Source of the DNA: Myxococcota bacterium
Lineage (GTDB): Bacteria; Myxococcota_A; UBA9160; UBA4427
Length of the DNA stretch: 64,000 nucleotides
Direction: 5' to 3'
Assembly (NCBI GenBank): GCA_036336835.1
Contig: JAYZFK010000046.1
Location: forward strand, 64,001-128,000
Shown here: one piece after another, positions 20,117 through 30,474 of the stretch
Layout: each line of letters opens with the position of its first letter
Position numbering within the stretch: position 1 is the stretch's first letter
The notes under the pieces: generated by a model
Told to the model about the DNA's origin: nothing
Seen by the model: only the letters and a program-made list of their open reading frames with translations
Database searches by the model: none
Program-made: the position numbers and the translations under genes

Positions 20117-21580
20117 ATGCCCGTCGTCTCCTACGGCCACGCTCTGACGCTCCACGCTGAAACCGAGCCGGACCGCGTTGCCATCATCCACGACAACGCC
20201 GTCACGACGATCGGCGATCTCGAGCGCGCCGCGCGCAGACGCGCCCGCCTGTTCCTCGAACGCAACGTCGGCATTGGCGATTTCGTCACGCTCGCTCTTC
20301 CCAACTGTGTCGAGTTCTTCGAGGCGACCTTTGCAGCCTGGAAGATCGGCGCCGTGCCGCAGCCCGTGTCGGCGAAGCTTCCGCTGGCCGAGCGAAACGC
20401 GATCCTGAAGAGGGCACAGCCGGTCCTCGTCGTCGGTGTGGAAGAGGGAACGCACGCCGGGTTCGAGTGCCTGCCCGCGAGCAGCGATGTGAGCGGATAC
20501 GACGATGCTCCGCTTCCGGACGTCGTCGCGCCGAACCGGCAGGCGCTCGCATCCGGCGGCAGCACCGGAACGCCGAAGGTGATCGTCGACGTGCTGCCCG
20601 CCGAAGTCGACCCCGACGAGCCCTTCTACGGCGTCGAGCCGGGACGCACGACGCTGGTTCCGGGACCGCTGTATCACGCCGGCCCGTTCATCAATGGCAT
20701 GGTCACACTGTTGACCGGAGGCCGCGTGATCCTGATGTCACGCTTCGACGCGGAGCAGACGCTCGCGCTGATCGAGGAGCATCGGATCGCCTTCGTGAAC
20801 CTCGTGCCCACCATGCTGCAGCGCATCTGGCGACTGCCCGATGCGACCCGCCTGCGCTACGACCTGTCGTCGCTGAAGAGCGTTTACTCGAGCGGCGCCG
20901 CCTGCCCCGCCTGGCTCAAGCGCGCGTGGATCGACTGGCTCGGCCCCGAGAAGATCTTCGAGGCGTACGGCGCGACGGAGCGTACCGGGGGCACGATGAT
21001 CTCGGGAGCCGAGTGGCTCGAACGGCCGGGCTCGGTCGGAAAGCCGACACACGGACGCAAGCTCGAGATCCGCGACGCGAACGGTCGCGCTCTGCCACCT
21101 CACGAAGTGGGCGAGATATACATGATGCCTCCCGGCGGGCAGGGATCGACGTACCGCTACATCGGCGCGGAGGCCCGAGCAAGCGCCGACGGCTGGGAGT
21201 CGCTCGGCGACATGGGCTACATGGACGCCGAGGGCTACCTATATCTCGTCGATCGTCGCAGCGACATGGTCGTGACCGGCGGGTCCAACGTCTACCCGGC
21301 CGAGGTCGAAGCTGCGCTGGACTCCCATCCCAACGTGCATTCGAGCGCCGTGATCGGCTTGCCCGATGACGACCTGGGCCAGCGCGTGCATGCGATCGTC
21401 GAGGCGCGTCCACCGGTGGATGAAGAGGAGCTCCGCAAATACCTCGCGGAGTACCTGGTTCGCTACAAGATTCCGCGAACTTTCGAGTTCGCGGATCAGC
21501 CGCTGCGCGACGATGCTGGCAAGCTGCGTCGTTCGAAGCTGCGCGAGGACCGGATCGCCAAGCAGAACACGAACCAATGA
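20117..21580 (+). CDS. AMP-binding acyl-CoA synthetase
   Basis: SGGSTGTPK, YGATE, GDMG, NVYPAEVE, GKLRR. Confidence 0.93.
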   Translation: MPVVSYGHALTLHAETEPDRVAIIHDNAVTTIGDLERAARRRARLFLERNVGIGDFVTLALPNCVEFFEATFAAWKIGAVPQPVSAKLPLAERNAILKRAQPVLVVGVEEGTHAGFECLPASSDVSGYDDAPLPDVVAPNRQALASGGSTGTPKVIVDVLPAEVDPDEPFYGVEPGRTTLVPGPLYHAGPFINGMVTLLTGGRVILMSRFDAEQTLALIEEHRIAFVNLVPTMLQRIWRLPDATRLRYDLSSLKSVYSSGAACPAWLKRAWIDWLGPEKIFEAYGATERTGGTMISGAEWLERPGSVGKPTHGRKLEIRDANGRALPPHEVGEIYMMPPGGQGSTYRYIGAEARASADGWESLGDMGYMDAEGYLYLVDRRSDMVVTGGSNVYPAEVEAALDSHPNVHSSAVIGLPDDDLGQRVHAIVEARPPVDEEELRKYLAEYLVRYKIPRTFEFADQPLRDDAGKLRRSKLREDRIAKQNTNQ

Positions 21581-21633
21581 CGCGTCGCGGGCCTCGACCT
21601 CGTCCCGGGCCGCACGGCCGCTCCCGACCGCGC

Positions 21634-22389
21634 TCAGGCCAGTCGGTACTCGAGCTCGGAGAGATCGGCGAGTTCGAGATCCGGCGCCGGGCCGTCGAAC
21701 GCCGCGAGTGCCGCATCGCGATCGCGGACACTGCGAGTGATCCAGGCCGTGCGCATTCCGACCGCTGCGGCACCGGCGACGTCGGCGCCGAGCCGGTCCC
21801 CGACGTGCAGGATACGCTCGGCTGAGACGCCGATCCGCTCGACAACGACATCGAAGATCCCGCGCTCCGGCTTGCGCACGTCGACCTCGTCCGAGATCGC
21901 CAACGCATCGAAGCTCTCCCGCAGGTCCCGTTCCTCGAGGATGCGGATCGCCGTCGGCGAGTGACTGAAGTTCGAGCACAGCGCGATTCGGAAGCGCTCG
22001 TGCAGCCGCCGCAGCAGCACCGGGTGGTGACTCGGCATCGTCGTGTGGGCGCGGATCATACCGAGGTGGAGCGCGCCGAGCTCGGCCGCCATCGACCGGT
22101 CGGCAATCCCCAGACGCGCGACGATCTCGTCGAAGCGCTCCTGGTTCGGGAGCTCGCGACCCGCGTCCCAGCGCGGTCGCCTCAGCTCGCGATCCACCTC
22201 CCCCATCACCTTGAGAAAGGCCGCAAGCTCGATCGTGTGGCGCGTGATCAGGTGATCGTGCAACACCCCTGCAGTCGAGGGGACGCTTCGGCCGTTCCAC
22301 TCGATCCGCGGCAGGCGTTCGAGCTCGCCGTCGACCAACGTCTCGAACAGATCGAACGAGATCGCCTCGATGTTCCCGATCGCTCCCAC
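21634..22389 (-). CDS. HAD family hydrolase
   Basis: FDLFETL, CSN, RKP, HVGDRLGADV. Confidence 0.9.
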   Translation of the reverse strand: MGAIGNIEAISFDLFETLVDGELERLPRIEWNGRSVPSTAGVLHDHLITRHTIELAAFLKVMGEVDRELRRPRWDAGRELPNQERFDEIVARLGIADRSMAAELGALHLGMIRAHTTMPSHHPVLLRRLHERFRIALCSNFSHSPTAIRILEERDLRESFDALAISDEVDVRKPERGIFDVVVERIGVSAERILHVGDRLGADVAGAAAVGMRTAWITRSVRDRDAALAAFDGPAPDLELADLSELEYRLA

Positions 22390-22482
22390 TCTGCTCCCGA
22401 GCTCGCAGCCGCGAGCGAATCACGGAAGGGTATCGGCTGCGATAGCGCTGCAGCAAACTCCGCGGGCCGTATACTCCGCCCC

Positions 22483-22833
22483 ATGCGATCGCTCCTCATC
22501 GTTGGCGGCATGTGCGCGGCCATCCTCGCCTGCGCCGAGCCCGAGCAATCCCCGCAGTCACCGCCAATCATGCCGATCGAGGGAGCCCAGCTCGACGCGA
22601 TGCAACGCAACCTTCGCAAGTTGCGCCTCGCTCCCCCGGTCTGGGCCAACGTCGAGCGCAGCCGGGACGAAACGCGCGTCGTCATCCACGCGCGCGTCGA
22701 TGGACTCTCGCGGGAGACCCGCACCAGATACTGCGGCATGGCGATCTCCGCAATGAAGGCGGAGCTCCATCAGGGCCAGCAACTCGAGATCTATCTGATC
22801 GACGTCGACGACGGCGTGCTGGCCTGTCGCTAG
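22483..22833 (+). CDS. Hypothetical lipoprotein
   Basis: Signal peptide ending ILAC; TATACT 7 nt upstream of the ATG. Confidence 0.65.
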   Translation: MRSLLIVGGMCAAILACAEPEQSPQSPPIMPIEGAQLDAMQRNLRKLRLAPPVWANVERSRDETRVVIHARVDGLSRETRTRYCGMAISAMKAELHQGQQLEIYLIDVDDGVLACR

Positions 22834-22857
22834 GAGCGGAGCACTCAGCCCGCCTGC

Positions 22858-24513
22858 TCACACCCGCATGATCAGTCCACCGGCGAATGCCAGCAGCACA
22901 TTTGCGAATGCGTAGGTCCCCACGTAGCCGAGCGCGGGAACTGCGCTGTCCGCCTGTGCACGCACCTGCTGCAGTGCGGCTGTACTCGTCATCGCTCCCG
23001 TAACGGCCCCGAGCAGGAGCGCAGCATTCATCTTGAACGCGAGACGTCCGACCGCAAAGCTGATCAGCATCGGAACGACCGTGATCACGATGCCGCTCGC
23101 GATCAGCGTGGGCCCCACCGACCGGAAGGTCTCGAGGATGGCCGACCCCGCGCTAACGGCGACCTCCGCCATGAACAGCAGGAGACCGAGCTCCATCAAC
23201 GCAAAGCGAGCGGCGACGGGCAGTCGGCCGAACGACGGCCGTCGCGAGCGCAGCCAGCCGAACAGCAGGCCCGCGAGCAGCACACCTCCGGCCGTACCGA
23301 GACCGAGCGTCGTGGCCCGGAAGGTCAGCGTGAACGTGCCCACGAAGATTCCGAGTGCAATGCCGAATACGAGCGCGAGTAGATCGGTCTCGTGAACCGA
23401 TGCCTCCTGGTGGCCGAGCCGATTCGCGACCTCGTCGAGATCGGAGATCGCGCCGGTGAGCAGCAGCCGATCCCCGACGTGCAGCGAGAGGTCAGCCCGC
23501 CGCGGCAGCATGACGCCCGTGCGGGTGATTTCGGTCAGCCAGCAACCGTACGCCCGCGCGAGGTCGAGATCCTGGAGTGTCTTGCCTTCGATGTCATCGT
23601 TCGAGATCACGATGCTGCGAGATTCCATCGATCGATCGAGCACATCGGCATCGACGACCTCCGTGCCGATCCGCTCGCTCGCTTGATCGTGCAGGCGCGG
23701 AAGGGCGACGATCGAGACCACGTCCCCGATTGCGAGATACGTGTTCGGCTCCGGCGAGAAGATCTCGTCGTTGCGCTTGATCAGCTGGATCTCGTAGGGA
23801 AGGCTGAGGTCGCGTGCGCCGTACGCGGCCCGCGTCGCCCGCTCTTTCTCCACCCGATAGGAGCGAATGGTCGGTAGCTCGGCCGGACCCGAATCCTCTT
23901 CGTCGAAGTTGCCGAGGCCGAGCTTCGCGGCCTCGGCAGCGAGATCGATCCCGCAGAGCTTCGGGACAAAGGCGATCGTGAGCACCAGCCCACCCATCCC
24001 GAACACATAGGTGATGGCGTAGGCCGCAGAGATGTTGGCGAGCACATCGTCGGCCGTCATCCCGTCCGGCAGCTGCACACCCTGTGCGAGCGCGTCCTGC
24101 GCTGCAACCAGGGTCGGAGTACTCGTCAGCCCGCCGGCCAGTGCCCCCGCGGCAACACCCAGCTCGAAATCGAAGATGCGCTCGATCCCCGTAGCAAGGC
24201 CGAGGCCCGTCGCAGCGGTGATCACCGACAATACGGCATAGCGAGTGCCGTCTTGCTTGAAGACACGTACGACCTCCGGGCCCGCCTGCATCCCCACGCA
24301 GTAGATGAACAGCGTGAAGCCGATGCTGTGCGACGAGACCGGGATCTCGAGCCCGCGGTGTCCGATCACGAGCCCGATCACCAACACGCCAGTGACGGCG
24401 CCGATCTCGACTCCGGCGATTCGGAGACGTCCGAGCAACAATCCCAGGCCCAGCAGCAGGAAGAGGACCAGAGGCGGATTCGCCCGTAGCAACTCGAGGA
24501 TATCGATGTCCAC
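22858..24513 (-). CDS. AspT/YidE/YbjL family transporter with TrkA-C domains
   Basis: Duplicated membrane domains with GGLTSTP and GAMTSTA motifs, central RCK-C region; TAGCGT hexamer 7 nt before GTG. Confidence 0.88.
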   Translation of the reverse strand: MDIDILELLRANPPLVLFLLLGLGLLLGRLRIAGVEIGAVTGVLVIGLVIGHRGLEIPVSSHSIGFTLFIYCVGMQAGPEVVRVFKQDGTRYAVLSVITAATGLGLATGIERIFDFELGVAAGALAGGLTSTPTLVAAQDALAQGVQLPDGMTADDVLANISAAYAITYVFGMGGLVLTIAFVPKLCGIDLAAEAAKLGLGNFDEEDSGPAELPTIRSYRVEKERATRAAYGARDLSLPYEIQLIKRNDEIFSPEPNTYLAIGDVVSIVALPRLHDQASERIGTEVVDADVLDRSMESRSIVISNDDIEGKTLQDLDLARAYGCWLTEITRTGVMLPRRADLSLHVGDRLLLTGAISDLDEVANRLGHQEASVHETDLLALVFGIALGIFVGTFTLTFRATTLGLGTAGGVLLAGLLFGWLRSRRPSFGRLPVAARFALMELGLLLFMAEVAVSAGSAILETFRSVGPTLIASGIVITVVPMLISFAVGRLAFKMNAALLLGAVTGAMTSTAALQQVRAQADSAVPALGYVGTYAFANVLLAFAGGLIMRV

Positions 24514-24523
24514 GATTCGTACG

Positions 24524-25023
24524 CTAGTCGCGCGGCTTCTGCTGCGGCGGGAAATTCGCCAGCATGTCGTCAGCGCCTGGCGCAGTCTCGCGCGACGTTC
24601 CTCGATCGCACTACCGACGTAGAACGGCGCGCGTCCCCAACCCGTCCACACGCGGCGGCCGGCCGGATCCACCAACAGCAGCGACAGCCCCGCCGTCGAG
24701 CTCGAGCGATCCGCCGCGATGAACGTATCGACCCGCAGGTGGTAGGAGAGCAGGTAGTCGGGCTCCCCGGCGTTGGCGCGGCGATAGCCCCTCGCCGCGA
24801 AGGCGGCCTCGGCTTCCTCCTCGATCGCCTGACCGAGAACGGCAGTATTGAGCTCCGGATCTCGCGGCAGCGAGATATTGGCGCGATCCCACGCAAAGCT
24901 CGCCGCGGCGGGGAAGCGCACCAGGGGATCGAAGGCGGTCGAGACGGGAATCCGACCTCCGGCGGACGCGCACCCGAGTCCAAGTAGGATGCCCCAGAGC
25001 CAGACCATCAGCGCCCGACGCAT
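24524..25023 (-). pseudogene. DUF4136 family lipoprotein with a 1-nt frameshift near 24571 (real mutation or sequencing error)
   Basis: Lipobox LGLGC; DUF4136-like body; paralog-like C-terminus DDMLANFPPQQKPRD* lies in another frame. Confidence 0.75.
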
Positions 25024-25087
25024 GATTTCTCTCCCGACCATATTCGTGACCGGGCCTCATGATAACGTGCTGTCGCGGGGAACGTGC

Positions 25088-26578
25088 ATGCAGCGATTCA
25101 GACGAGCCAGTGGCAGATCCAGTTCCGGGGGCTTTCGCGTCACAAGCTTGATCGCGGTCGGTGCGCTTGCCGCGTGCACAGTCGGCGGATTCGAAATCGG
25201 ACGCAGCCGGGAAATCGAACGCGGCGAGCAGGCTGCCGCGGCGATCGAGGAGCAAATCGGGCTGGTCGATCACCCTGCGCTCCAACAATACATCGAAGCC
25301 GTCGGGCGTCGGCTGGCCGAGACATCGCCGCGCACGGGTCTCGCGTACCAGTTCCGTCTGCTCGACATGCCGGATCCGAACGCCTTTGCGCTGCCGGGCG
25401 GCGGCGTCTTCGTGACCCGCGGATTGCTCGTGTACTTGAACGACGAAGACGAGCTCGCCTCGGTGCTCGGACACGAGATCGGCCACGTCGTCGCGCGTCA
25501 CCACGCCAAACAGGTGCTCCGCAGCGCCCCCCTCGCCCCGCTGCGAATCGCAACGGGCATCGGAGGCGCCCTCGCCGCGGTCGTGAGTCCCACGCTCGGA
25601 CACACCCTTAGTGCCACCGGCCAGCTCGCCAGCGCGCTCGTGCTTGCACCGTACAGTCGCGAGCAGGAGCGCGAAGCCGATCGCATCGGCCAACGACTCG
25701 CCGCCGACTCGGGCTGGAACCCAGACGCGATGTCGGCCTTCATGGAAACGCTGGGACGCGAGGAGGAGCTGCGCGGCGGCGACCCGAACCGAGCCTCCTT
25801 CCTTGCGACCCATCCCGCGAGCGCCGAACGAGGCCGCGCGGCTCACCGGTACGCCGCCGAGCTGGTGCGCAGCGAGCGCGCTCCGATCGCGCCGGGACGC
25901 CGCGCCTTCCTCGACCGACTGGTCGGCATCCTCGTCGGGAGGAGCGCGGACGAGGGTGTCTTCGACGGCAACGATTTCCTGCACCCGGGCCTGGAGTTTG
26001 CAGTGACACTGCCGGCCGGCTGGGAGCAGCTGAACCAGGACGATTACGTCGGCGCTCTGGAGCGCGAACACAGCTGGGGTGTAATCGTCGCGGTTGCCGC
26101 CGAGGGAGACGACCCGATGGCGGTCGCGCGTGAAGCGGGCCGCCGGCTTCGCTCCACGCACGCAGCCGAGGCGACTGAGATCAGCGGCCTCCGGGCGGCC
26201 CGCAGCCGCGCCCGCGAGAGCAACGTCTCGGCCGAACTCACCTGGATCTCGCATGGCGGCCTCGTGTACCTGGTCAACGGCTTCGCACCCACGCGTGACT
26301 TCGCGCGGGTACACCCGCAGCTGCGTCGCGCGGCCGACAGCTTTCGCGCGCTGTCGGCTGGCGAGCGCAGCAGGATCCGCGAGGACCAGCTCGCCGTCGC
26401 GGAGGCGCGGGCAGACGAAACCCTTGCAACGCTGCTCGAGCGTCAGGGCAGTCGCTGGACCGCTGACGAGGCGGCCATCGCCAACGCTATCCTGCCCAAC
26501 ACTCGCCTCGGCACGGGGCAACCGCTCAAGATCACCCGCCCCGTTCCGATGCCGAACCGGCCTGGAGAAACACGATGA
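25088..26578 (+). CDS. M48 family zinc metalloprotease (BepA-like) with C-terminal extension
   Basis: PNAFALPGG, HEIGH, YSREQEREAD, FLATHP; possible lipobox LAAC; possible LysM-like end. Confidence 0.9.
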   Translation: MQRFRRASGRSSSGGFRVTSLIAVGALAACTVGGFEIGRSREIERGEQAAAAIEEQIGLVDHPALQQYIEAVGRRLAETSPRTGLAYQFRLLDMPDPNAFALPGGGVFVTRGLLVYLNDEDELASVLGHEIGHVVARHHAKQVLRSAPLAPLRIATGIGGALAAVVSPTLGHTLSATGQLASALVLAPYSREQEREADRIGQRLAADSGWNPDAMSAFMETLGREEELRGGDPNRASFLATHPASAERGRAAHRYAAELVRSERAPIAPGRRAFLDRLVGILVGRSADEGVFDGNDFLHPGLEFAVTLPAGWEQLNQDDYVGALEREHSWGVIVAVAAEGDDPMAVAREAGRRLRSTHAAEATEISGLRAARSRARESNVSAELTWISHGGLVYLVNGFAPTRDFARVHPQLRRAADSFRALSAGERSRIREDQLAVAEARADETLATLLERQGSRWTADEAAIANAILPNTRLGTGQPLKITRPVPMPNRPGETR

Positions 26579-27132
26579 ACCCGATCTTCCTCGGCTCTGC
26601 GACCTTGGCGGTCGCGTTGACGGCGTCCCTGGCGGGCTGCACGAGCTTCCCCGTCGAGACCGACTACGACCCCGAGATCGATTTCGGCTCGCTCGGGAGC
26701 TACGGGTGGCTCGAGGCGAAGCGCGAGAAGACCGGCGATCCACGCATCGACAACGATCTCCTCGATGCGCGCGTCCGCCGCGCGGTCGACGCGGCGCTGG
26801 CGGCCAAGGGCTACCGCAAGACCGAGGGCGAATCGGCCGACTTCGAAGTCACCTATCACGTCGGTGTCGAGCGGCAGGTCGACGTCCAGACCTATGTCGA
26901 CTCCTACCCGCGCGGCTACCGCTGGTACTCTGGCCCAACTCAAGCCTACACCACCGTACGCGAGTACGATGTCGGCTCGCTCGTGCTCGACATCGTCAGT
27001 CCGAGCGAGAAGCAGCTGATCTGGCGCGGCGCGACCCAGGCGCGGATCAACGACGCCGGCACTCCCGAACAGCGCGAGAAGCGCGCGCGCGCCGCGGTCG
27101 ACGCGATCCTCGCGAAGTTTCCGCCGCAATGA
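26575..27132 (+). CDS. DUF4136 family lipoprotein
   Basis: Lipobox LAGC; DYDP, GSLVLDIV, LIWRG, AKFPP. Confidence 0.9.
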   Translation: MNPIFLGSATLAVALTASLAGCTSFPVETDYDPEIDFGSLGSYGWLEAKREKTGDPRIDNDLLDARVRRAVDAALAAKGYRKTEGESADFEVTYHVGVERQVDVQTYVDSYPRGYRWYSGPTQAYTTVREYDVGSLVLDIVSPSEKQLIWRGATQARINDAGTPEQREKRARAAVDAILAKFPPQ

Positions 27133-27692
27133 GTCGCCGGTTCGCCGTGCTGCTCTCGATCGTCCTCGCAAGCCTGGCTTCGTGCACGGGACTTCGCGAG
27201 CCGCCCATCGAGATCGATTTCGAGTTCGACCGCCGGGCGCGATTCGATGGACTCGAGAGCTTCGATTTTCACGTGCTTCCAGATTCGGCGCCGAGCGACG
27301 AGCGCATCGACGGACCCCTGTTCAATGCGCGGGTGCAGCGCGCTGTGCAGAGCGTGCTCGAGGAACGGGGCTTCACGCGCGACGCGAGCGGAGAGCCCGA
27401 CTTCCTGATCGTCCACTACGGCATCCTCGACACCGGAGTGGACATCCAGCGCTACGTCGATCTCGAGCTCTTTGGCTACCGCTCCTGGGTGCAGCCGATG
27501 CGGACCAAGGAGATCGTGACAGACTACGACGAAGGCATGTTGATCCTCGACGTCATCGACCCGGCGTCGCGGGCACTGATGTGGCGCGGCTACGGCGAGA
27601 CTCGCGTCAACCCCGGTGCCGCGTCGGCCAAGCGAGCGGCTCGAATGCGTCGCGTGGTGGCGGAGATGCTCGCGAACTTCCCGCCGCGCTGA
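27129..27692 (+). CDS. DUF4136 family lipoprotein
   Basis: Lipobox LASC; EGMLILDVID, LMWRG, ANFPP; ATGA overlap with the previous gene. Confidence 0.9.
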   Translation: MSRRFAVLLSIVLASLASCTGLREPPIEIDFEFDRRARFDGLESFDFHVLPDSAPSDERIDGPLFNARVQRAVQSVLEERGFTRDASGEPDFLIVHYGILDTGVDIQRYVDLELFGYRSWVQPMRTKEIVTDYDEGMLILDVIDPASRALMWRGYGETRVNPGAASAKRAARMRRVVAEMLANFPPR

Positions 27693-27695
27693 GCG

Positions 27696-27968
27696 TCACG
27701 GCTCGACTGGCACCTGCCGCCAACCCCGATCGGTCATACAGACCATGAACGCACTGCCCTTTGCAACGTGATCGAAGCGCTTCGTCGCGGCCGAGGTGTG
27801 CGCGGCCTCCTCGAGGCAGGCCCGCCGATCGGTCTCGAAGTCGTGATCTCCCGCGCCGGTCCTCGTCCATCGAGCCTTGGGCTCGGGCGCCGGAGTGCTG
27901 CACGCGACGAGTCCGATCCCAGCGATCGACCCGACGAGAGCAAGCGCGGCAACCATCGCTCGATGCAT
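27696..27968 (-). CDS. Small hypothetical lipoprotein
   Basis: GAGGAG RBS, lipobox LVAC, Cys pair (RACLEEA, VCMTDRGW). Confidence 0.7.
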   Translation of the reverse strand: MHRAMVAALALVGSIAGIGLVACSTPAPEPKARWTRTGAGDHDFETDRRACLEEAAHTSAATKRFDHVAKGSAFMVCMTDRGWRQVPVEP

Positions 27969-28112
27969 ACCGTTTCTCCTCGCGACGACCGCAGGCTAGC
28001 AGGCGCAGAGGCAGTCGGCCGGATGCAAAACCAACTGCAGGCCATCGCGCATTCGTGGTATAGCTGAGCATTCTCCACGCGTCTGGCCGGGTTTTGCACG
28101 GAAGGAATCCAC

Positions 28113-29237
28113 ATGAAGTTCTCGATGATCTTCGAAGCACAAATCGTCGACACGTCTCGCAAGGCTGAATTCCAGATCATGCACGAGTGCGTCGAGCAGG
28201 CCGTGCTCGCGGAGGAGGTCGGCTTCGACAAGGTGTGGGCTGTCGAACACCACTGCCTCCAGTGGTACGCGCACATGAGCGCGCCCGAGACCTTCCTGGC
28301 CTTCGTCGCCGCGAAAACCGAGCGCATCCGCATCGGTCACGGTGTGGTCTGCCTGCCCTTCCGCATGAACCACCCGGTCAAGGTCGCCGAGCGGGTTGCG
28401 ATGCTCGACATCCTGTCGAAGGGGCGCGTCGAGTTCGGCATCGGCAAGGGCGGGACCCCGCAGGAGGCCGGCGCTTTCCAGACCGAGATCGACGAGATCC
28501 CGTCCCAGCTCGAAGAGTCGGCGCGCATGATTCCCGACATGTGGATGAACGAGTTCTACGAGCATCACAGCGAGACATTCGACATGCCCTCGCGGCCGAT
28601 CCTGCCCAAGCCGCACCAGGAGCCGCACCCACCGATGTACCTGGCCTGCACCCGCGAAACGACGCTGAACCAGGCTGGCGAGTGGGGACTCGGCGCGCTC
28701 GTACTCGGCTTCGGTGGCCCCGAGGACATCGCTAAGAAGAATGAGGTCTACCGCGCCGCGGTGAAGCGACGCACCGCCGAGTCGCAGATCCCGCGCTTCC
28801 CGGTCGAGCACCTGTCCGCGCTCTGCCCCGCGATCGTACTCGACGACGAGCAGAAGGCGCGCGCCATCGGTTACCGCGGCCAACGCTACTTTACCGAGGC
28901 GATCGGCTACTGGTACGACCACACGGGCCAAGCCCAGCCACCGCGCGCCGAGATCGCCGACATGGACGACCGCGAGGTCCTCGAACACGCCGGCGAGACG
29001 CTCGTCGCCTACCTCAACGAAGAGAAAATAGAGGTCGGGACCGAGGCCACTGGCATGTACAACCCGAACCACGCCTACGGCGGAGCCGAGGACGCAATCG
29101 GCTATGTCGAACGTCTGGTCGACGCCGGAGCCGACGAGATCATGTTCTTGATCCAGATGGGAACAGTCCCGCAGTGGGCCGCCCTCGATACCATCCGAAA
29201 CCTGGGAGAGAAGGTAATCCCCAACTTCCGGAGCTAG
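28113..29237 (+). CDS. LLM class flavin-dependent oxidoreductase (luciferase-like)
   Basis: WAVEHH, IRIGHGV, VAERVAMLDILSKGRVEFG. Confidence 0.93.
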   Translation: MKFSMIFEAQIVDTSRKAEFQIMHECVEQAVLAEEVGFDKVWAVEHHCLQWYAHMSAPETFLAFVAAKTERIRIGHGVVCLPFRMNHPVKVAERVAMLDILSKGRVEFGIGKGGTPQEAGAFQTEIDEIPSQLEESARMIPDMWMNEFYEHHSETFDMPSRPILPKPHQEPHPPMYLACTRETTLNQAGEWGLGALVLGFGGPEDIAKKNEVYRAAVKRRTAESQIPRFPVEHLSALCPAIVLDDEQKARAIGYRGQRYFTEAIGYWYDHTGQAQPPRAEIADMDDREVLEHAGETLVAYLNEEKIEVGTEATGMYNPNHAYGGAEDAIGYVERLVDAGADEIMFLIQMGTVPQWAALDTIRNLGEKVIPNFRS

Positions 29238-29251
29238 GCAGAGCGCGGACC

Positions 29252-30394
29252 CTACGCCTCCTCCTCCTCCTGAGCGCCCAGCTCGTCCGAAGAGATCGGC
29301 CAGGTGACGATCTCGTGCGGCAGTGCCTCCCCCGGCGACGAAGACCGCTCCAGCACCAGATCGTTCAGTCGATCGATCAGCTGGCGCAGCCGACCGACCC
29401 GCCGGCGGTCGAGCGAAAGCAGCAGGCGCTGCAACCCCGGTCCCTCTCCCGCCTCTTCCTCGAGTGGAGTACCGACCTCGATCGGACCCTCCGTCAGCAT
29501 GTCGGCGAAGTCCTCGTTCAGAGCGGCGAGCTGCACCTCGTTGGGAGCCACTCGAAGGCGGATCACCAGCCGCCCGTTGACATGGCGGCTCGAATGATAG
29601 TTGCTGTAGAAGTTCTCGATCTCCTCGAGCGCCTCTTCGAGATCATCCGTCACCTTGAACAGCGCGAAATCGTCGTCACTGATCCAGGACGGGCGCTCGA
29701 GCTGTGAGCGAATGAAGCGATGCCAACCTCGCCAGTAGCTCCCGCCCGGCCGGTCGAGGAACACGACCGGCAGGATCTCGCTCTTGCCGGTCTGGATCAG
29801 AGTGAGCGCTTCGAACCCTTCGTCGAGCGTGCCGAAGCCTCCGGGTAGCAGCACGAAGGCGTGGGCCTCCTTCACGAACGTGACCTTCCTCGTGAAGAAA
29901 TAACGGAAGTTGATCAGCTTCTCGTCACCGGCGATCGTCTCGTTCGCCAGCTGCTCGAAGGGAAGCTGGATGTTCACGCCAAACGACGAGGCACGACCCG
30001 CACCGCGCTGTGCGGCCTCCATGACGCCGCCACCCGCACCGGTGATCACCATCCAGCCTGACTCGACGACACGCTTCGCGAACCCGAAGGCCTGATCCCA
30101 CTCGGGAGTTCCAGGCGCCGTCCGCGCGCTACCGAACACCGCCACCTTTCGAACGTTCGCATAGGGTCGAAAGACACGGAAAGAGTGGCGTAGCTCCTTC
30201 AGCGCGCGATTGGCGAGCCTCAGGTCGCCGAGCGAAGCGCCGTCGCGCAGCAGCCGCAGACCCGTCACGAGCACCTGTCGCACCAGACCGCGGCCGCGCG
30301 TATTCCCGTACACCCTTGCCGCGTGGTCGATCAGAGCATCCAACTCCTCGTTGAGCTCTGGGTCGCGCAGCGTATAGAGGCGGTTGCGGGGCAT
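29252..30394 (-). CDS. LOG family protein (long form)
   Basis: VFGSART, TGAGGGVM, FFTRK, PGGFGTLDE. Confidence 0.9.
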   Translation of the reverse strand: MPRNRLYTLRDPELNEELDALIDHAARVYGNTRGRGLVRQVLVTGLRLLRDGASLGDLRLANRALKELRHSFRVFRPYANVRKVAVFGSARTAPGTPEWDQAFGFAKRVVESGWMVITGAGGGVMEAAQRGAGRASSFGVNIQLPFEQLANETIAGDEKLINFRYFFTRKVTFVKEAHAFVLLPGGFGTLDEGFEALTLIQTGKSEILPVVFLDRPGGSYWRGWHRFIRSQLERPSWISDDDFALFKVTDDLEEALEEIENFYSNYHSSRHVNGRLVIRLRVAPNEVQLAALNEDFADMLTEGPIEVGTPLEEEAGEGPGLQRLLLSLDRRRVGRLRQLIDRLNDLVLERSSSPGEALPHEIVTWPISSDELGAQEEEEA

Positions 30395-30474
30395 GCGGGA
30401 AACATACCGATCCGCAGGAGCTGCACCAGCTTGTTGCCGGCACGCCCGCGATCGTGCTCTACTCTTCCGAAGTC

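Noticed and set aside
22858..25041. 727-aa ORF as a single gene
   Set aside because: Better explained as two genes joined by a 1-nt frameshift near 24571
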